From positions 124,319,768-124,364,940 of the forward strand of contig NC_068985.1 in NCBI RefSeq assembly GCF_001194135.2: a stretch of 45,173 nucleotides of DNA, written 5' to 3'. The stretch is from Octopus bimaculoides (lineage: Eukaryota). A model generated the notes under the pieces. It had not been told where the DNA came from. It did no database searches and worked only from the letters and a program-made list of their open reading frames with translations. This document shows positions 41,991-45,173 of this stretch, one piece after another. Each line of letters opens with the position of its first letter. Within the stretch, counting starts at the first letter, position 1. The position numbers and the translations under genes were made by a program.

Positions 41991-44889
41991 CGGCAATTAA
42001 CGATACAGTTTTTCATACGGGTAGATTTTTTAGTTAATGACGTGTGGGACGACTTGTTAGTAGGATGCTATTGTGGTAAGTATATTTGCAGCAGTGACAT
42101 TGGCACAAGTTGACTTAAAACAGATAGACTTAGTGACAGGAGGACTTAGGTACAGGCAAATTACTTCAGTCTACCTTAGATACAAATGATCTTCCATAAA
42201 CTCGTCTTAATGATATTGGTAATATTGCAATAAAATGTACAGAATGGAAAAATTGAAGATCATACGAGTAAAGGAGAATCATAGCGAACTCAGAATAGGC
42301 TCAGTTTTCAATTTTAGTTGTTGTTCAACCCCAGATAAGCCCTTTTGGGCACCAGTTGAAAGCATCCAGTTGTTCGTTACTTTTTTCTTTTGCATCAGAG
42401 ATGGTATACTTAGAGCCACTTTATTTAGTGTACTATTTTCTGTAAATGGTAGAGTATACGATGTAACTACTATTTTTGGACATCAAACAACAACGTAACA
42501 GTCTCTCACATCGAATTGTTTCCACTTTAATTTTTACTTCAGCCATTTCATTTTAATGACATCACTAATTCTGTGAAGAGTATTATGAATATTTTAACAG
42601 CCAGTATCCCGCTCCTCTTCTGTAGAAGTTATCCTGTGTAGTTTCAGAAGAGTGGAAGAAATAGTTGATGGCCGTTTATAATGGTTTTAATGCAGACGGG
42701 ACTGGACTGTTCTACAACAGCCCTTAATGCAGAAGCAGACTCCATTTTACACTCGAATGATCAGTGGAATCTAGTATCTCACTGGACACACACGTACACA
42801 TGATCAAGTATGAATTTCTGATAAAATGAAAAGAAATGGTTGTTTCATCAATTATATGATACACAATTATAATTATTTAAATATGTCCTTAGGTTCGTTT
42901 GAATTTGTGACTTCATATTACGATATTCATGATAGCTTTCTAAACATTTCAAATTATCAAAAAGAACTGTAAAACATCGTTTCTTTACAACATTTCAGAA
43001 ACACCTCCATTCTCTCCCCTCCGCACAAAACATTTAAACCCAAAAGCTTTTGCGAACTGACGAAGGAACCTCAATATGGTCGTCTGACCTGTTGTTAAAT
43101 CACCTTAAATCAAACTTTCATGAACTTTAAGCAACATTACACGGTGAACAGCTGTTCATAAGAATCAAAAGCCGGACCAGGCTTATACCATAAACGACTC
43201 GATACTAGAAGGTACTTTCAATCCCAATACACTATGTACGCACATGTTAATGCATAATAAGTCAGTATCTTTTGTGAACTTCAAGCGATGTAACAGTAAA
43301 TAGATGACCGAGTACGGAACCTGGACGAACACATGTATAAACCAGAAACTGCTGCAAAAGCATAAAGACCACGAGAATGACTGTTCAGAGTATAACTCTG
43401 GAAATAACCTTAGGTACACTTAGACATGAATTATCTATTCATAGTCTCCGAATCTTTACACCCAACCGAACTGCAACAATTTATGGTGACATATTGAGGG
43501 AATCTATGATCTTTGAACATATTTCCTCCACATCAAATAAACACTAAATTTGACTCATATAAAAGCCTTGAATGGTACCTTACAGCAACTTCAGGGGTCA
43601 GCTGAAGATCGGTGTGCTCAAATTTGTAGGCACTAACATGAAGCGATAATACAGAAGTAACTACATGTATGACAAAAAGTACACGCACACACACAAACAC
43701 ACATACACACACACTTATGTGTGTGTATGTGTACGTGTGTGTGTGTGTGTGTGTGTGTGACCATTTTATTAGTTATCCAAAATGTAAGTCAGTTCAAGCT
43801 TGTAAGGTTAAATAAATCCTTTCTCCAAAATTCCTTCGTCTTTTGCCTGTAATTTTGTTTTATTTAATGAATCTGATTTTAGGACATGCAAGAAAGTTAA
43901 TCTATTCTATTTTTCATAGTTTGTTGTTTAAAAAACAGTGAAGAATTGTTTGATGTTTCTCTGGAGAACATGATGGAGTAAACTTACAGGTTGCCCTCAT
44001 TTTACATTGATTTGAAATTTTCCCTGCTCATTCATATTTTCACCACTGCTTCACCAGGTGCCATTTTCACTAGTCATCGCAAAGCTAAGAGTACCATTTG
44101 CAAACGTTAGCTTTTTTTTATTTTGTTTATACGCTATTCATAATTATTCCAAATTTATCTTTTGTTTTGACATTATATGTTTTATACCCTAAGGATTAAT
44201 GTACATTTAACTAGTGAAGTAACTAGGCGAAAACCTTGATATAGCTGTAAAAAAATACTTTTAGTGGTCATTTTAGCATTTTATTAATATCGTATGGGAA
44301 AATGTCACAAAAAACTACGTAAATGCAGTCTTCCAAGAAGCTTCAGAGTTGACAACTTCGGACGCGGTTACGGACGATTGTTAATGAGCGGAGAAAAAGG
44401 CCTTTTGATGAAGAAATGACAGATTTATAGGAAGAAATGAACGAACAAAGAAGGGAGAGCAAAAATGAACTGAGGTGTGTTGTGAAGATAATAAAAACTG
44501 AGGCTCTTAAATGATGTCTTGCTAATACTGACTCTTTTGTTGAGGGTCGTTGTGGTATATGAGTAGAAGTGAAGTGACTTATTAAAGAGACGCTTAAATT
44601 AAGTTTAAGTATCTTATTAAGTCATTCTTAATGAGAAGAAAAAAGTATGGCAAACCTCTGCGGATTCATGTTTTAGACGTGCACGGCTTTCAGCCAAAAT
44701 CGTCATTAATGGATGATCCTCAATCATTACAGAATTAAAGTTGCATCCAACACAAGTCAACATGAGAGAGCTATAAAAACTGAATTATCAACTACGGCTT
44801 CAAATCCCTTAATGTATACAAATTATATTAAGGGTATTTTTCAGTGCTTCAGATAGTATTTTTATCAAGTTATCATTTATTCATTTTAC

Positions 44890-45062
44890 CCGGTGGCATA
44901 TTAGCAGAATTCTGAGCCGTATTTATTTTGGCTGTTTACGTTATCAAAGCTGTCCTACCGAGATCAGCTCTGCCTTTCACTTCTCCGAAGTCGTTAAAAT
45001 AAAGGAGCATTCAAGTACTGATGTAATGATTATCTTCTCCCAAAATTACCTAAATTAGAAAC
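44890..45062 (+). mobile_element. Highly degraded family A SINE
   Basis: taccgagatcagctctgcctttcacttctccgaagtcgttaaaataaag..gatgtaatgatt..cccaaaatt..ttagaaac. Confidence 0.55.
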
Positions 45063-45102
45063 ATTTATTTATGCATTGATTTGTAAATTAATATAAAATT
45101 AT

Positions 45103-45173
<71 letters not shown>

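Noticed and set aside
42235-42560. 87-aa plus-strand ORF and faint hobo-like reverse reading
   Set aside because: Neither reading has recognisable conserved motifs.
43057-43085. ctgacgaaggaacctcaatatgg hammerhead-like core
   Set aside because: No GAAA and no helix I or III; at most a heavily decayed remnant.

Overview
AT-rich, microsatellite-dense eukaryotic scaffold with 10 N-gaps. The recurrent SINE family and repeat make-up look like an Octopus/coleoid cephalopod genome (inference from recalled repeat consensus, not a search). There is no intact protein-coding gene, and most long ORFs in the track are microsatellite or N-run artefacts. The window is a layered transposon fossil bed: a hAT (ZMYM1-like) transposase fossil, a mariner deletion derivative, Tc1-like and piggyBac-like fragments, an old R4/Dong-type RT+RLE LINE interrupted by a 475-bp solo-LTR-like insert, a younger RLE-LINE 3' end, a near full-length Tx1/L1-clade LINE, two Penelope-like GIY-YIG fragments, about 18 copies of one SINE-like family, and two tRNA-headed SINEs. 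Most interesting: (1) a nearly canonical minimal type I hammerhead ribozyme motif at 5351-5387 plus degenerate hammerhead-like motifs at Penelope-like 3' ends; (2) non-LTR elements bracketed by specific microsatellites, suggesting (ATT)n and (CATA)n targeting; (3) fold-back inversions, including an 84-bp 83/84 inverted repeat and a Penelope inversion; (4) a candidate 56-nt minus-strand exon of an unidentified host gene; (5) an NRF1/ETS/YY1 motif cluster in an LTR-like segment. I found no evidence for a wholly new multi-gene system. All translations and alignments were done by eye.
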